Source: Lachnospiraceae bacterium (GTDB lineage Bacteria > Bacillota > Clostridia > Lachnospirales > Lachnospiraceae). From it: a stretch of DNA of 64,000 nt. The notes beneath the pieces were generated by a model. The model was not told the origin of the DNA. It saw only the letters and a list, made by a program, of their open reading frames with translations, and did not search any database. Positions 8,842 through 18,097 of the stretch are shown here, piece by piece. The stretch covers positions 38,330 to 102,329 of the forward strand of contig JAFYAS010000046.1 of the NCBI GenBank assembly GCA_017540605.1. Direction: 5' to 3'. A program made the translations under genes and the position numbers. The stretch's first letter is position 1. The number at the start of each line of letters is the position of its first letter.

Positions 8842-10029
8842 TTACTGAAGCGCGTCAGCTTCCTTTAACAGCGTAACTCCCGTTGCCTCCATGAACTTCT
8901 CATAATTGAAGCAGACAAGCACATCCGTGATGGTATGCTTGGAATTTATCTTGTCCATGGTCACACTCATCATATCCTTGGAATAACGAAGATCTATCAT
9001 ATATATACGCTCGTATTCACTGGTCAAAAACGGAATAAGGCAATTTGAAAAGCTGTCCTTTACCAAGAGAAGAGTCTTATTGTTCTTGGTATTGCTGTTC
9101 ACCTGTATCTTTGCCGTATTGCCACCCAGGAAATATGTATATTTATCCTTAGCATTTACAGCATCCTCTTTATACAGGGTCTGCCAGATATTATTATCAT
9201 CATCAAATTTAACCTTGACCTTCGGAGCTCCGGTTGACAGGGTCAACAATTCAACGATATCAGGAGTTTTCTTTAGCTGTATCTTGTCAAATGTTGTTCC
9301 GTAGAAATCCTTTGCCACCTCAGTGATATCATAGTCGCTTGAGGGATGAAGTGTGAGTCCCATCTTCATAGCATAATCACAATATCCGTAGTAAGCTCCA
9401 CGCATAGTCCAGTGATGGTCGGTCCTAAAATAAATATATTCATCCTCGTGACTTTTCATGGTCTCAGTGAGGTCGAGCATCACATCTGCTCCGGCTCCGC
9501 CATCATCCAAGAGCTTTGACATTTTTTCGGTAATAAGACTTGTATCAAGTGGCTTCGCAAAAGCAGGAAGCTTATTTGACATAGCCGCATCCTTGGCGGG
9601 AACAAACATCAGACAGGTATGCTCCTTTCCATACTTTGCGGTCATACGGTTCATAAAATCAGCCAAGGCTTCGATATTTGAATTTACACGATCCTCATCA
9701 TAATCACCGTAAGAGTGCTTTTCTATAAGGTAATCATCCTTACCTACATATACTCCGTTTATATCCTTCTTGCCGAGAAGTCTTGAGCCTCTAGTCTTAA
9801 GGTTTACAAAGAGCTCTCTTCCGAAGAACTGATCGCTTAAGTAATTCTCATAATTTGTCTGGAAATCACCGCTTTTTACCGCATCAAGCGAAAGCTCCGG
9901 ACGGGTCTGAAGTGCTCTGTTTTCCGCCTCCGAAAAATCAGACTTGGGAGTCACTAGGGTGATGAAAGCAAAGAGCACGATAAATACTATTAAAACAAGA
10001 CTTTGTACCATTCTTACTTTTTTCTTCAT
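8842..10029 (-). CDS. DHHW family protein (AlgX/AlgJ-like, extracytoplasmic O-acetylation partner)
   Basis: There is an N-terminal TM anchor and the literal DHHW motif (FRTDHHWTMRGAYYGY). It lies immediately downstream of an MBOAT gene. Confidence 0.8.
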   Translation of the reverse strand: MKKKVRMVQSLVLIVFIVLFAFITLVTPKSDFSEAENRALQTRPELSLDAVKSGDFQTNYENYLSDQFFGRELFVNLKTRGSRLLGKKDINGVYVGKDDYLIEKHSYGDYDEDRVNSNIEALADFMNRMTAKYGKEHTCLMFVPAKDAAMSNKLPAFAKPLDTSLITEKMSKLLDDGGAGADVMLDLTETMKSHEDEYIYFRTDHHWTMRGAYYGYCDYAMKMGLTLHPSSDYDITEVAKDFYGTTFDKIQLKKTPDIVELLTLSTGAPKVKVKFDDDNNIWQTLYKEDAVNAKDKYTYFLGGNTAKIQVNSNTKNNKTLLLVKDSFSNCLIPFLTSEYERIYMIDLRYSKDMMSVTMDKINSKHTITDVLVCFNYEKFMEATGVTLLKEADALQ

Positions 10030-10041
10030 CGACGAGCCCTC

Positions 10042-11454
10042 CTAAAATCTAAAATACAGGAAAGGATTGTAGGTATCCGATACAAGGGAGCAAAGCGAAA
10101 GCATCAGACATATACCCATAAACAAACCGACAACTAATGCTCTTTTTCTCTTACTCATAGCAAATACCCTCTTTCCGAAAAGCATCGGGATCGAGGTAGA
10201 GCCGATAGCGGCTATCAAAAACATAACAAGGTTTGACAGTAGAAGATATACGAATCTGCTATCAGCAAATCCTCCTCCCGCTCTGAAAAGAAGAGCCGAA
10301 AGGAAATCTCCCTTAAACTTAACATCAGAAAATGAGAAGAAGGCCCAACCGATCACTACCAATACCATGGTATAGCAATGTGTTAAGATTCCCGGAAGCT
10401 TTTCAAGCTTATCAAGAAGGAAAAGCTTTTCGAGCACAAGAAGTATTCCGTAATATACACCCCAAAGCACAAAATTCCATGAAGCACCGTGCCACATACC
10501 TGTAAGGAACCAGACTATAGCGATGTTTATCACCTGTCTCTTAAAGCCTCTCCTGTTGCCACCGAGAGGAATATAGACATATTCCTTAAACCAGGTACCG
10601 AGGGAAATATGCCATCTACGCCAGAACTCAGTAATAGATGTTGACTCATAGGGATGTTCAAAGTTCTCAAGGAAGTGGAAACCAAACATTCTTCCAAGAC
10701 CTATAGCCATATCAGAATAACCAGAAAAATCAAAATAGATCTGGAAGGTAAAGGCCACAACTCCAAGCCACGCTGTCATGGTAGAAAGCTCTGAGGAATT
10801 CATGGCTGCAACCTCATCAAATACAGCACCAACCGAATTGGCTATAAGCACCTTCTTTGAAAGACCTATAACAAAACGAAAAGCGCCGGACGAAAAATCT
10901 CTGAGGCTCTCTTTTCTGCGCCTTAACTCCCTTGCCACAGTCTTATAGCGTACTATGGGACCTGCTATGAGCTGTGGGAACAAAGTCACATAAGCAGCAA
11001 ATGCGATAAAGTTTCGCTGAGGCTTTACCTGACCTCTATATACATCTATGGTATACGAAAGAGTCTGAAAGGTATAGAAAGAAATACCGATGGGAAGCGC
11101 CAGCTTCAAAAGAGGAATCTCAGCACCCGTCACGGTATTGATCGATGAAATGAAAAAGTCAGCATACTTGAACACTGCCAATAGTCCAAGGTTACCAACC
11201 AAAGAAATGGTAAGAAAAACCTTGGGAAGAGTCTCATTGCCCATCCTTCTTGCGGCACCGATACCCCGTCCCATAAAGAAATCAAGTATTGAAGAAAAGA
11301 TCATCAGACAAACCAAAATAGGCTCGCCCCAAGCATAGAAAAAGATACTTGATAAGAACAATATAAGATTTCTAAACTGCTTAGGTGCAAGATAATAAAT
11401 GAGAAGCACCACCGGCAGGAATCTAAACAAAAAAACAAGGCTTGAAAAAACCAT
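10042..11454 (-). CDS. MBOAT family O-acyltransferase (AlgI/DltB-like)
   Basis: 470-aa polytopic membrane protein with WRRWHISL and a conserved His (MWHGASWNF) typical of MBOAT/AlgI. Confidence 0.88.
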   Translation of the reverse strand: MVFSSLVFLFRFLPVVLLIYYLAPKQFRNLILFLSSIFFYAWGEPILVCLMIFSSILDFFMGRGIGAARRMGNETLPKVFLTISLVGNLGLLAVFKYADFFISSINTVTGAEIPLLKLALPIGISFYTFQTLSYTIDVYRGQVKPQRNFIAFAAYVTLFPQLIAGPIVRYKTVARELRRRKESLRDFSSGAFRFVIGLSKKVLIANSVGAVFDEVAAMNSSELSTMTAWLGVVAFTFQIYFDFSGYSDMAIGLGRMFGFHFLENFEHPYESTSITEFWRRWHISLGTWFKEYVYIPLGGNRRGFKRQVINIAIVWFLTGMWHGASWNFVLWGVYYGILLVLEKLFLLDKLEKLPGILTHCYTMVLVVIGWAFFSFSDVKFKGDFLSALLFRAGGGFADSRFVYLLLSNLVMFLIAAIGSTSIPMLFGKRVFAMSKRKRALVVGLFMGICLMLSLCSLVSDTYNPFLYFRF

Positions 11455-11497
11455 ATCATTTCACCCGTTTATCATAATTGGTAATCGTGTTGTAACT

Positions 11498-11537
11498 TAA
11501 CTGTTCAAAAGCTTCGCTGCTTTCGGTTATGAGCATC
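11498..11537 (+). repeat. Truncated (5'-terminal ~40 bp) copy of the TAACTGTTCA repeat family
   Basis: TAACTGTTCAAAAGCTTCGCTGCTTTCGGTTATGAGCATC aligns to the first 40 bp of the 146-bp element with about 6 mismatches. It overlaps the dnaB stop codon. Confidence 0.6.
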
Positions 11538-12954
11538 ACGCCTGTTCCTTCGGTCTTTCCGGAACTGCGAATTTGGTATATTTACCGAGCCATACAAGCT
11601 CGACCGTACCTGTGGAACCGTTTCTCTGTTTTGCAATGATGATGTCGGCTATACCCTTTCTTTTGGATTCCTCTTTGAGATAATAATCCTCTCTGTATAT
11701 AAACATAACCACATCGGCATCCTGCTCTATGGCACCGGATTCACGGAGGTCTGAAAGCATAGGCTTTTTATCATCCCTCGACTCTACCGCACGGGAAAGC
11801 TGAGAAAGGGCTATCACGGGAACATCCAAATCTCTCGAAAGGATCTTAAGCGCTCTCGATATCTCAGAAATCTCGTTCTGTCTTGAATCCGAACGCTTTC
11901 TGTTGCCGTTCATCAACTGAAGATAGTCTATGATGATGAGTCCGAGACCATGCTTTGACTTCCATCTTGTACAGATACTTCTAAGCTCAGGTATGGTAAT
12001 GGACGAATTGTCATTGATGAAGAGAGGGGTCTCACCTATCATCACCGCACTGTCCATAACGCTCTTCCACTCACTTCCGTCGAGCTGACCTGTTCGGATA
12101 TTCTGTGAATCCACAAGAGAATCCATTGCAACCATTCTTGACACAAGCTGTTCCTTGGGCATCTCAAGACTGAATATCGCAACAGGGATCTTTGACTTAC
12201 TTACAACATTCTGAGCGATATTAAGAGCAAATGCTGTCTTACCCATAGCAGGTCTTGCCGCTATCAGGATAAGCTCAGAGCCATGAAGACCGGAAAGCTT
12301 GTAATCAAGAGGTGCAAAGCCCGTAGGCACACCTGTAATACGGCTTGTGGTCTTCGATGCCTTGTATATCCTGTCAAGAACATCCATCACCACATCCTTT
12401 ACTCCAACAAGTCCGTCAGAGCTTTGATTACTCTGTGATAGCTTAAACAGCTTTTGCTCCGCACTCTCTAAAAGCTCATCAACGGTATCCTTTCCCATAT
12501 AGCAGGAATTGGCTATCTCATCGGAAAGCTTTATAAGCTTTCTTCTCATGGAATCTCCGCTTACAATCTTCGCATAGTTCACAGCGCTTACCGCAGAAGG
12601 AACAGAAGCTATGACCTCGCCCATAAACTCAAGCTTGTAGATAGCTTCATCTGCACCCATATTCTTTAATTTTTCACTTAAAAGCAAAAGATCGATGGCC
12701 TGCCCCTCATTGTAAAGAGCGAGCATACCCTCGTAGACTACCCCATATCTGGGATTGTAGAAATCACTTTTATCAAGGACTGCACTCACATCAGCTATCA
12801 CATCACGGTTCATAAGTATAGCACCAAGAACAGCCTGTTCCGCTGTATCATTGTGAGGCGGCATCCTCTTTAGAGTATCAGCGGCAGGACCGGGATCTAT
12901 ATCAAGAGAGCCCGCTTCTGCCTGAGACATCAAAAAATATTCCTCTTCACTCAT
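11536..12954 (-). CDS. dnaB: Replicative DNA helicase
   Basis: PPHNDTAEQAVLGAIL is the N-terminal DnaB motif, and Walker A is ARPAMGKTAFALN. The rplI-dnaB synteny is present. An alternative start at 12930 (MSQAEAG) has the better RBS. Confidence 0.93.
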   Translation of the reverse strand: MSEEEYFLMSQAEAGSLDIDPGPAADTLKRMPPHNDTAEQAVLGAILMNRDVIADVSAVLDKSDFYNPRYGVVYEGMLALYNEGQAIDLLLLSEKLKNMGADEAIYKLEFMGEVIASVPSAVSAVNYAKIVSGDSMRRKLIKLSDEIANSCYMGKDTVDELLESAEQKLFKLSQSNQSSDGLVGVKDVVMDVLDRIYKASKTTSRITGVPTGFAPLDYKLSGLHGSELILIAARPAMGKTAFALNIAQNVVSKSKIPVAIFSLEMPKEQLVSRMVAMDSLVDSQNIRTGQLDGSEWKSVMDSAVMIGETPLFINDNSSITIPELRSICTRWKSKHGLGLIIIDYLQLMNGNRKRSDSRQNEISEISRALKILSRDLDVPVIALSQLSRAVESRDDKKPMLSDLRESGAIEQDADVVMFIYREDYYLKEESKRKGIADIIIAKQRNGSTGTVELVWLGKYTKFAVPERPKEQA

Positions 12955-12960
12955 ACTAAC

Positions 12961-13410
12961 CTACTTCTCTTCAGTAACAAAAACCTTGAGCTTTGCACTT
13001 ACCTGGGGATGAACCTTTACGGTAACCTCGGTAACACCGAGAGTCTTTATACTATCCTTAAGGGATATCTTCTTCTTATCAAGCTCGATACCAAGCTGCT
13101 TTGCGGAAGCCTCAGCTATCTCCTTTGAGGAAATGGCACCGAAGGGCTTGCCGTTGTTTCCAACCTTCAAAGAAAGATCGATCCTACTCTCCTCGATCTT
13201 TTTTGCCAGCACCTTTGCTTCCTCAAGCTTTTCTGCTGCCACCTTTTCGTCATGAGCATTCTTAAGCTTTAAGTCATTGAGGCTCTTTCCCGTAGCCTCC
13301 ACACCGAGCTTTTTCTTTATAATACAATTTCTGGCATAGCCGTCATTTAACTCAACGACCTCACCTTTTTTCCCCACATTCTTTACATCAGCCGATAATA
13401 TAACCTTCAT
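12961..13410 (-). CDS. rplI: 50S ribosomal protein L9
   Basis: MKVILSADVKNVGKKGEVVELNDGYARN is the canonical L9 N-terminus. The protein is 149 aa. Confidence 0.93.
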   Translation of the reverse strand: MKVILSADVKNVGKKGEVVELNDGYARNCIIKKKLGVEATGKSLNDLKLKNAHDEKVAAEKLEEAKVLAKKIEESRIDLSLKVGNNGKPFGAISSKEIAEASAKQLGIELDKKKISLKDSIKTLGVTEVTVKVHPQVSAKLKVFVTEEK

Positions 13411-13412
13411 AC

Positions 13413-15431
13413 CTATAAATCTCCTTCCTGTCTCATCTTATAAAGCATAGCCTTCACCTGCTCTACAGCAGTATCCAATGAAACATTTGAAAGCTGGGCA
13501 CCTGCCATATTGGCGTGACCGCCTCCGCCGAATCTTTCCATGATCACCTGTACATTCACATCATCTATGGAACGCGCACTGATATTTATCTGATCACCGA
13601 TCTCAGTAAGCACAAAGGATGCATGTATTCCCGCAATGTTTAGAAGCTCATTGGCCACAGAGGAAGCAACTATGGTAGGTGATTCCACACCCTCCGCAGG
13701 TATGCTTGATACTGCAAATGTATCCATAAATACCTCTGCATTCATAGCACCCATAGCTCTCTGCTTAAATGCATCCATATCATTTCTGAACATCTTTCTG
13801 ACACGCACCACATCGGCACCGCAGCGACGAAGGAATGCGCAGGCCTCAAATGTTCTGACACCGGTGTTTCTTACAAAGTTGTTGGTATCCGTAAGTATGC
13901 CTTCATACATGGCATCAGCCTCTGCTGAACGAAGCTTTGGCTTGTCTACGATATACTGAAGTATCTCTGCTACCATCTCACATGCCGAAGAAGCATAGGG
14001 CTCCACATATGAAAGGGTCGCATTCTGTATGACCTCACTGGTCTGTCTGTGATGGTCAATGACCACAAGGCTCTTTACCATGGTAAGAAGCTCAGGACAC
14101 TCCGTATAGGAAGGTCTGTTTACATCCACCACCACGAGAAGGGTATCCGAATCAACTATGGATAAAGCCTGCTCGCTATTTATAAAGAGATCCTCGGGAT
14201 AAGCGCTGCTGCCTGCAAAATTGTCAAACACAGGCTTTACAGCATTGGTAACCTTGTTGATAACTATATGGGCTTCCTTACCAAGATCGGTAGCTACTCT
14301 GAAAACACCGAGAGCCGAACCGATACAATCAAGATCCGGTAGGTGATGTCCCATAACAATTACCTTTGATTTGGTATCAAGAAGCTCCTTAAGAGCATGA
14401 GCCTTTACTCTTGCCTTTGCTCTGGTCTGCTTCTCCACACCTCTTGTCTTACCGCCATAATATACGATCTTCTCACCCTTTTTAACTACAGCCTGATCGC
14501 CACCTCTGCCGAGAGCCATATCCATGGCAACTCTTGCATAATCATAGGCCTTGCAAAAGCTTTCAGCCTCTGCGCCGATACTGATAGACAAGGTGACCGC
14601 TATTTCATTTCCTATGTTGATACCTCTGACCTCATCAAGTATGGCGAACTTGGTGGTCTCAAGCTGAGGAAGAAACTTCTGCTGGAATACGAAGAAATAT
14701 TTATCCTTTTCCATCTTCTTCATTATGGCTTCGATATTCTGCATATAGATATTGATCTTTCTGTCGATAAGAGCTGAAAGAAGAGCCTGTCTTACCTCTT
14801 CGATACTGTCAATAGCCTCATCATAATTGTCTATATAGACAAGACCGGCCACAAGCTTTTGTTCCTCATTCTCTCTGATATATCTGTTAAGCTCTGTCTC
14901 ATCATGAAAATAAATTGCAACTAAAGCGTCATTCTCCACCTCTTCATTAAGCACAACGCGTTTCATCTCTACACGATAGGATCTTTCGTTGTAGTCGAGA
15001 ATGGTCTCAGTCTTATCAACTACCGTAGGAAAATCATCCTGATCAAAATCTTCAAACAGCTGAAATACTGTCTTTTTCGAGGGCTTACTTTCTCCGGCGA
15101 CTATCTCCCTAAAGCCCTCATTGGCCCAAAGCTGTCTTCCCTCTGTATCCGTAAGAACATAGGGGATTGACATCTCCTTTAAAAGGCCATTCTGCACATT
15201 ACCCTGATCCATAGCAAAGCTTATCATATCGCTTGCAATACTCTTCTTGTAACGATAATAAAAGAGCACAAGTAAAAGAACATAGATCAAAAGGAAAACG
15301 GAAACAGCCGCTCCCGCCTTGGTATCCATGATATAGATCACAACATTCATAACCGCCAATATGACAAAAAGCAAAAACGGCAGTCTGAGATATTTCAATA
15401 TTCTGTTATCATTTAACGATTTATTATCCAT
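13413..15431 (-). CDS. gdpP: Cyclic-di-AMP phosphodiesterase GdpP (DHH/DHHA1 family, YybT-like)
   Basis: Two N-terminal TM helices are followed by PAS-like and degenerate GGDEF regions. DHH motifs (DLDCIGS, VVIDHHR) and DHHA1 GGGH (GGGGHANMAGAQ) are present. The conserved gdpP-rplI-dnaB order is kept. Confidence 0.88.
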   Translation of the reverse strand: MDNKSLNDNRILKYLRLPFLLFVILAVMNVVIYIMDTKAGAAVSVFLLIYVLLLVLFYYRYKKSIASDMISFAMDQGNVQNGLLKEMSIPYVLTDTEGRQLWANEGFREIVAGESKPSKKTVFQLFEDFDQDDFPTVVDKTETILDYNERSYRVEMKRVVLNEEVENDALVAIYFHDETELNRYIRENEEQKLVAGLVYIDNYDEAIDSIEEVRQALLSALIDRKINIYMQNIEAIMKKMEKDKYFFVFQQKFLPQLETTKFAILDEVRGINIGNEIAVTLSISIGAEAESFCKAYDYARVAMDMALGRGGDQAVVKKGEKIVYYGGKTRGVEKQTRAKARVKAHALKELLDTKSKVIVMGHHLPDLDCIGSALGVFRVATDLGKEAHIVINKVTNAVKPVFDNFAGSSAYPEDLFINSEQALSIVDSDTLLVVVDVNRPSYTECPELLTMVKSLVVIDHHRQTSEVIQNATLSYVEPYASSACEMVAEILQYIVDKPKLRSAEADAMYEGILTDTNNFVRNTGVRTFEACAFLRRCGADVVRVRKMFRNDMDAFKQRAMGAMNAEVFMDTFAVSSIPAEGVESPTIVASSVANELLNIAGIHASFVLTEIGDQINISARSIDDVNVQVIMERFGGGGHANMAGAQLSNVSLDTAVEQVKAMLYKMRQEGDL

Positions 15432-15459
15432 TAGATATCTTACCGGGAATTATTCAAAC

Positions 15460-15489
15460 GGTCTGCCGCAGTTTAAACCACGGCAGACC
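15460..15489 (-). terminator. Stem-loop downstream of pgi (probable terminator)
   Basis: A perfect 9-bp stem GGTCTGCCG / CGGCAGACC with a 12-nt loop lies 18 nt after the pgi stop. The trailing T-tract is weak. Confidence 0.5.
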
Positions 15490-15506
15490 AACATTTACCA
15501 TAATGA

Positions 15507-16859
15507 TTATCTGAGTCTCTTTAAGAGTGCCTCTCTCTGCTCCTCAAAACCGGGCTTGCCAAGAAGAGCAAACATATTCTTCTTATAGCTTTCAACACCG
15601 GGCTGATCGAAGGGATTTACTCCGAGTACATAGCCGCTGACACCGCATGCAAACTCGAAGAAGTAGAAGAGCTCACCAAGAGTGAATTCATCCATCTGAG
15701 GAAGTGTGATCATGAGATTGGGGATCTCACCATCTACGTGTGCAAGCACTGTTCCGTACATAGCCTGCTTATTGATGTAATCAACTGTTCTTCCTGCAAG
15801 ATAGTTCATACCATCAAGATCCTCATCCTCCTGCTCCATTATGATCTTTAATCTGGGGCTTCCGATATTGATAACTGTCTCTATATGGTTCTTGGTACCA
15901 TCCTGAATGAACTGACCAAGTGAATGAAGATCTGTAGTAAAGTCAACAGCCGTAGGGAAAAGTCCCTTTCCGTCCTTACCCTCTGACTCACCAAAGAGCT
16001 GCTTCCACCACTCAGCTACGAAGTGAACTGAAGGAGTGTAGTTTGCAAGGATCTCCATGGTCTTACCCTTGTTAAGAAGGATATTACGAAGTGCAACATA
16101 CTGAAGTGCATCATTGTTCTCGAAGGGATCATGGATGCAACGTGTTCTTGCTGACTGAGCTCCACGCATCAGCTCATCGATATCTGCACCTGAAACCGCG
16201 ATAGGAAGAAGACCTACTGCAGTAAGAACTGAGAAACGTCCTCCAACATCATCAGGTACAACGAAGGTCTCATAGCCCTCTGCATCAGCCATGGTCTTTA
16301 ACGCTCCCTTGGTCTTATCTGTAGTAGCATAAATCCTCTTTGCAGCCTCTTCCTTGCCATACTTCTCAATAAGAAGTCTCTTGAAGATTCTGAATGCGAT
16401 AGCAGGCTCGGTTGTAGTACCTGACTTTGAAATAACATTGATAGAGAAATCTCTGTCACCTACTACATCAAGCAAATGCTCAATATATGTACTGCTTATG
16501 TTATTACCTGCAAAATATATCTCTGCTGTCTTTCTCTGATCTCTGCCGATCACATTGTAGAAGGAATGGCGAAGCGCTGAAATAGCTGCTCTCGCACCGA
16601 GGTATGAACCGCCGATACCGATAACGATCAAAATCTCCGAATCCGAATTGATCTTGGCTGCCGCCTTCTTGATCCTTTCGAACTCTTCCTTATCATATTC
16701 CTTGGGAAGATCGATCCATCCGAGGAAATCATTACCTGCGCCTGTTCTGCCAAGTAAGGTCTCCCTTGCCTCCAAAACCTTGGTGCTCATCTCTTTGATC
16801 TCTTCGTCAGAAACCATGAATTTTGCATTTGAATAATCAAAGCTAATACTCTGTGTCAT
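15507..16859 (-). CDS. pgi: Glucose-6-phosphate isomerase
   Basis: [14 protein letters not shown]...[11 protein letters not shown]...[11 protein letters not shown] is the Firmicute-type 450-aa PGI. An ATG at 16859 lies 9 nt after GGAG, and the track ORF carries a 16-codon upstream extension. Confidence 0.92.
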   Translation of the reverse strand: MTQSISFDYSNAKFMVSDEEIKEMSTKVLEARETLLGRTGAGNDFLGWIDLPKEYDKEEFERIKKAAAKINSDSEILIVIGIGGSYLGARAAISALRHSFYNVIGRDQRKTAEIYFAGNNISSTYIEHLLDVVGDRDFSINVISKSGTTTEPAIAFRIFKRLLIEKYGKEEAAKRIYATTDKTKGALKTMADAEGYETFVVPDDVGGRFSVLTAVGLLPIAVSGADIDELMRGAQSARTRCIHDPFENNDALQYVALRNILLNKGKTMEILANYTPSVHFVAEWWKQLFGESEGKDGKGLFPTAVDFTTDLHSLGQFIQDGTKNHIETVINIGSPRLKIIMEQEDEDLDGMNYLAGRTVDYINKQAMYGTVLAHVDGEIPNLMITLPQMDEFTLGELFYFFEFACGVSGYVLGVNPFDQPGVESYKKNMFALLGKPGFEEQREALLKRLR

Positions 16860-16905
16860 TTTTATAAATCTCCTTTTAACTTTATTTACCCCATAGATAA
16901 AAAAC

Positions 16906-16934
16906 ATTTTACCATTTCAATGTAGGAATTACAA
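16906..16934 (-). promoter_or_regulatory. Putative sigma-A promoter of pgi
   Basis: On the minus strand the sequence is TTGTAA, a 17-nt spacer, then TAAAAT, about 45 nt upstream of the pgi start. Confidence 0.45.
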
Positions 16935-16940
16935 TAGGAA

Positions 16941-16974
16941 AAATAAAAAACGCCGTATGCTCTCACATACGGCG
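16941..16974 (-). terminator. Intrinsic terminator of the HD-domain gene
   Basis: A 9-bp stem CGCCGTATG / CATACGGCG is followed on the minus strand by TTTTTTATTTTT. Confidence 0.8.
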
Positions 16975-16984
16975 TAAATGATCA

Positions 16985-17587
16985 TTAGAACAATTCTCTT
17001 TCGAGCTCCCCTAAAAACTCCTCTATAGTCTTAAGTCTATGCTCAAATTCCTTCTTTGCGATCTCAGTCTTTAAATGTCTGATCTTCGGACGATTGATGC
17101 GGTAGAAATTCTTGATCCTGTAGTAAGCCTTCTTGTAGGTGGCCTCATCACTGACAGCCACAGCCATAGCATCCCACAGCACGCTGATGGCACCTATCTC
17201 ATCTAAAAGAATAGCATCCATCACTACCTTACATTCAATGGATAGATCACCCTGCAGCTCATCGGTAGCCTCTTGCTGATTCTGTAGCATGATAAGCTCT
17301 CCGACTCTTCCTATGCGCTCCTCGTCATACTCGATACTGTCGAGATATTCAACCGCTACCTCGCAGCTAACCTCATTAGACGGTCTTCCATCTTCCCAGC
17401 CCACATCATGTAAAAGAGCAGCAAGTGTGATAAGCTCAAGATCGCCTCCAACCTTTGCCTGAAGCTTGATAGCCCAACGATACACTCTCATGGTGTGTTC
17501 AAAGCGGCTTCTGAAAGGCTCTATATCGGGACGATCCTCTTTAGATGTCTGATTTTTAACAAATTCAATAACCTCTGCGTAATTCAT
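16985..17587 (-). CDS. HD domain phosphohydrolase (function unassigned)
   Basis: 200 aa, with H...HD metal-binding motifs (FEHTMRV, LLHDVGW). Confidence 0.75.
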   Translation of the reverse strand: MNYAEVIEFVKNQTSKEDRPDIEPFRSRFEHTMRVYRWAIKLQAKVGGDLELITLAALLHDVGWEDGRPSNEVSCEVAVEYLDSIEYDEERIGRVGELIMLQNQQEATDELQGDLSIECKVVMDAILLDEIGAISVLWDAMAVAVSDEATYKKAYYRIKNFYRINRPKIRHLKTEIAKKEFEHRLKTIEEFLGELERELF

Positions 17588-17704
17588 ACCTAAGCTCCTA
17601 TGAAATATCTGTAGGTGTAACCCATAATAATAAACCTACAAACAGTTATAGTTATGATAACACATTTCACTTCAATTTGCTACAAAAAATTAGGAAAAAT
17701 AAAA

Positions 17705-17972
17705 AAATCCGCGCGGTCGGTATCGAAATGCCTTCATAGCCGTTACCCTTGCAGTTAACTCAGACCAGGCACCCTTACGGCACATGAGAAATCCTGCTTA
17801 GTGCTGCTTGGTTCCCCACCTGACACGGTTCACAAGCACCCATTGCGTAAGACCCAATCATCAACGCCACTTACAAGGGGCAGCACTACAAAAGTCACCC
17901 CTCAAGCCGACCATCACCCCTGCTATAGCGGATTGCAGGTACAGGGCGCCGCTACCTCCCCGGCTGCACGGA
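17705..17972 (-). ncRNA. ffs: Signal recognition particle RNA, long Bacillus-type (scRNA with Alu domain)
   Basis: The minus-strand sequence ...GGAGGUAGCGGCGCCCUGUACCUGCAAUCCGCUAUAGCAGGGG...GUCAGGUGGGGAACCAAGCAGCACUAAGC...CUCAUGUGCCGUAAGGGUGCCUGG...UAACUGC closely parallels the B. subtilis scRNA as I recall it. This includes the domain IV GGAA/AGCAG motifs. The 5' CCGUGC and 3' GCGCGG close a terminal stem, and a U-tract follows. Confidence 0.88.
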
Positions 17973-18061
17973 ATGTGTATAATATAGCAAAAAACAAAGG
18001 TAATGTCAAACAAAAAAGAGAATCACTCGCGAAACTCTTACACCAAGCACAGTTACCCAAA

Positions 18062-18094
18062 TCAAAAACCGAAGGCCATAACGACCTTCGGTTT
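18062..18094 (-). terminator. Intrinsic terminator of murG
   Basis: The stem AAACCGAAGG / CCTTCGGTTT has a T-run on the minus strand and lies 4 nt after the murG stop. Confidence 0.8.
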
Positions 18095-18097
18095 ATC

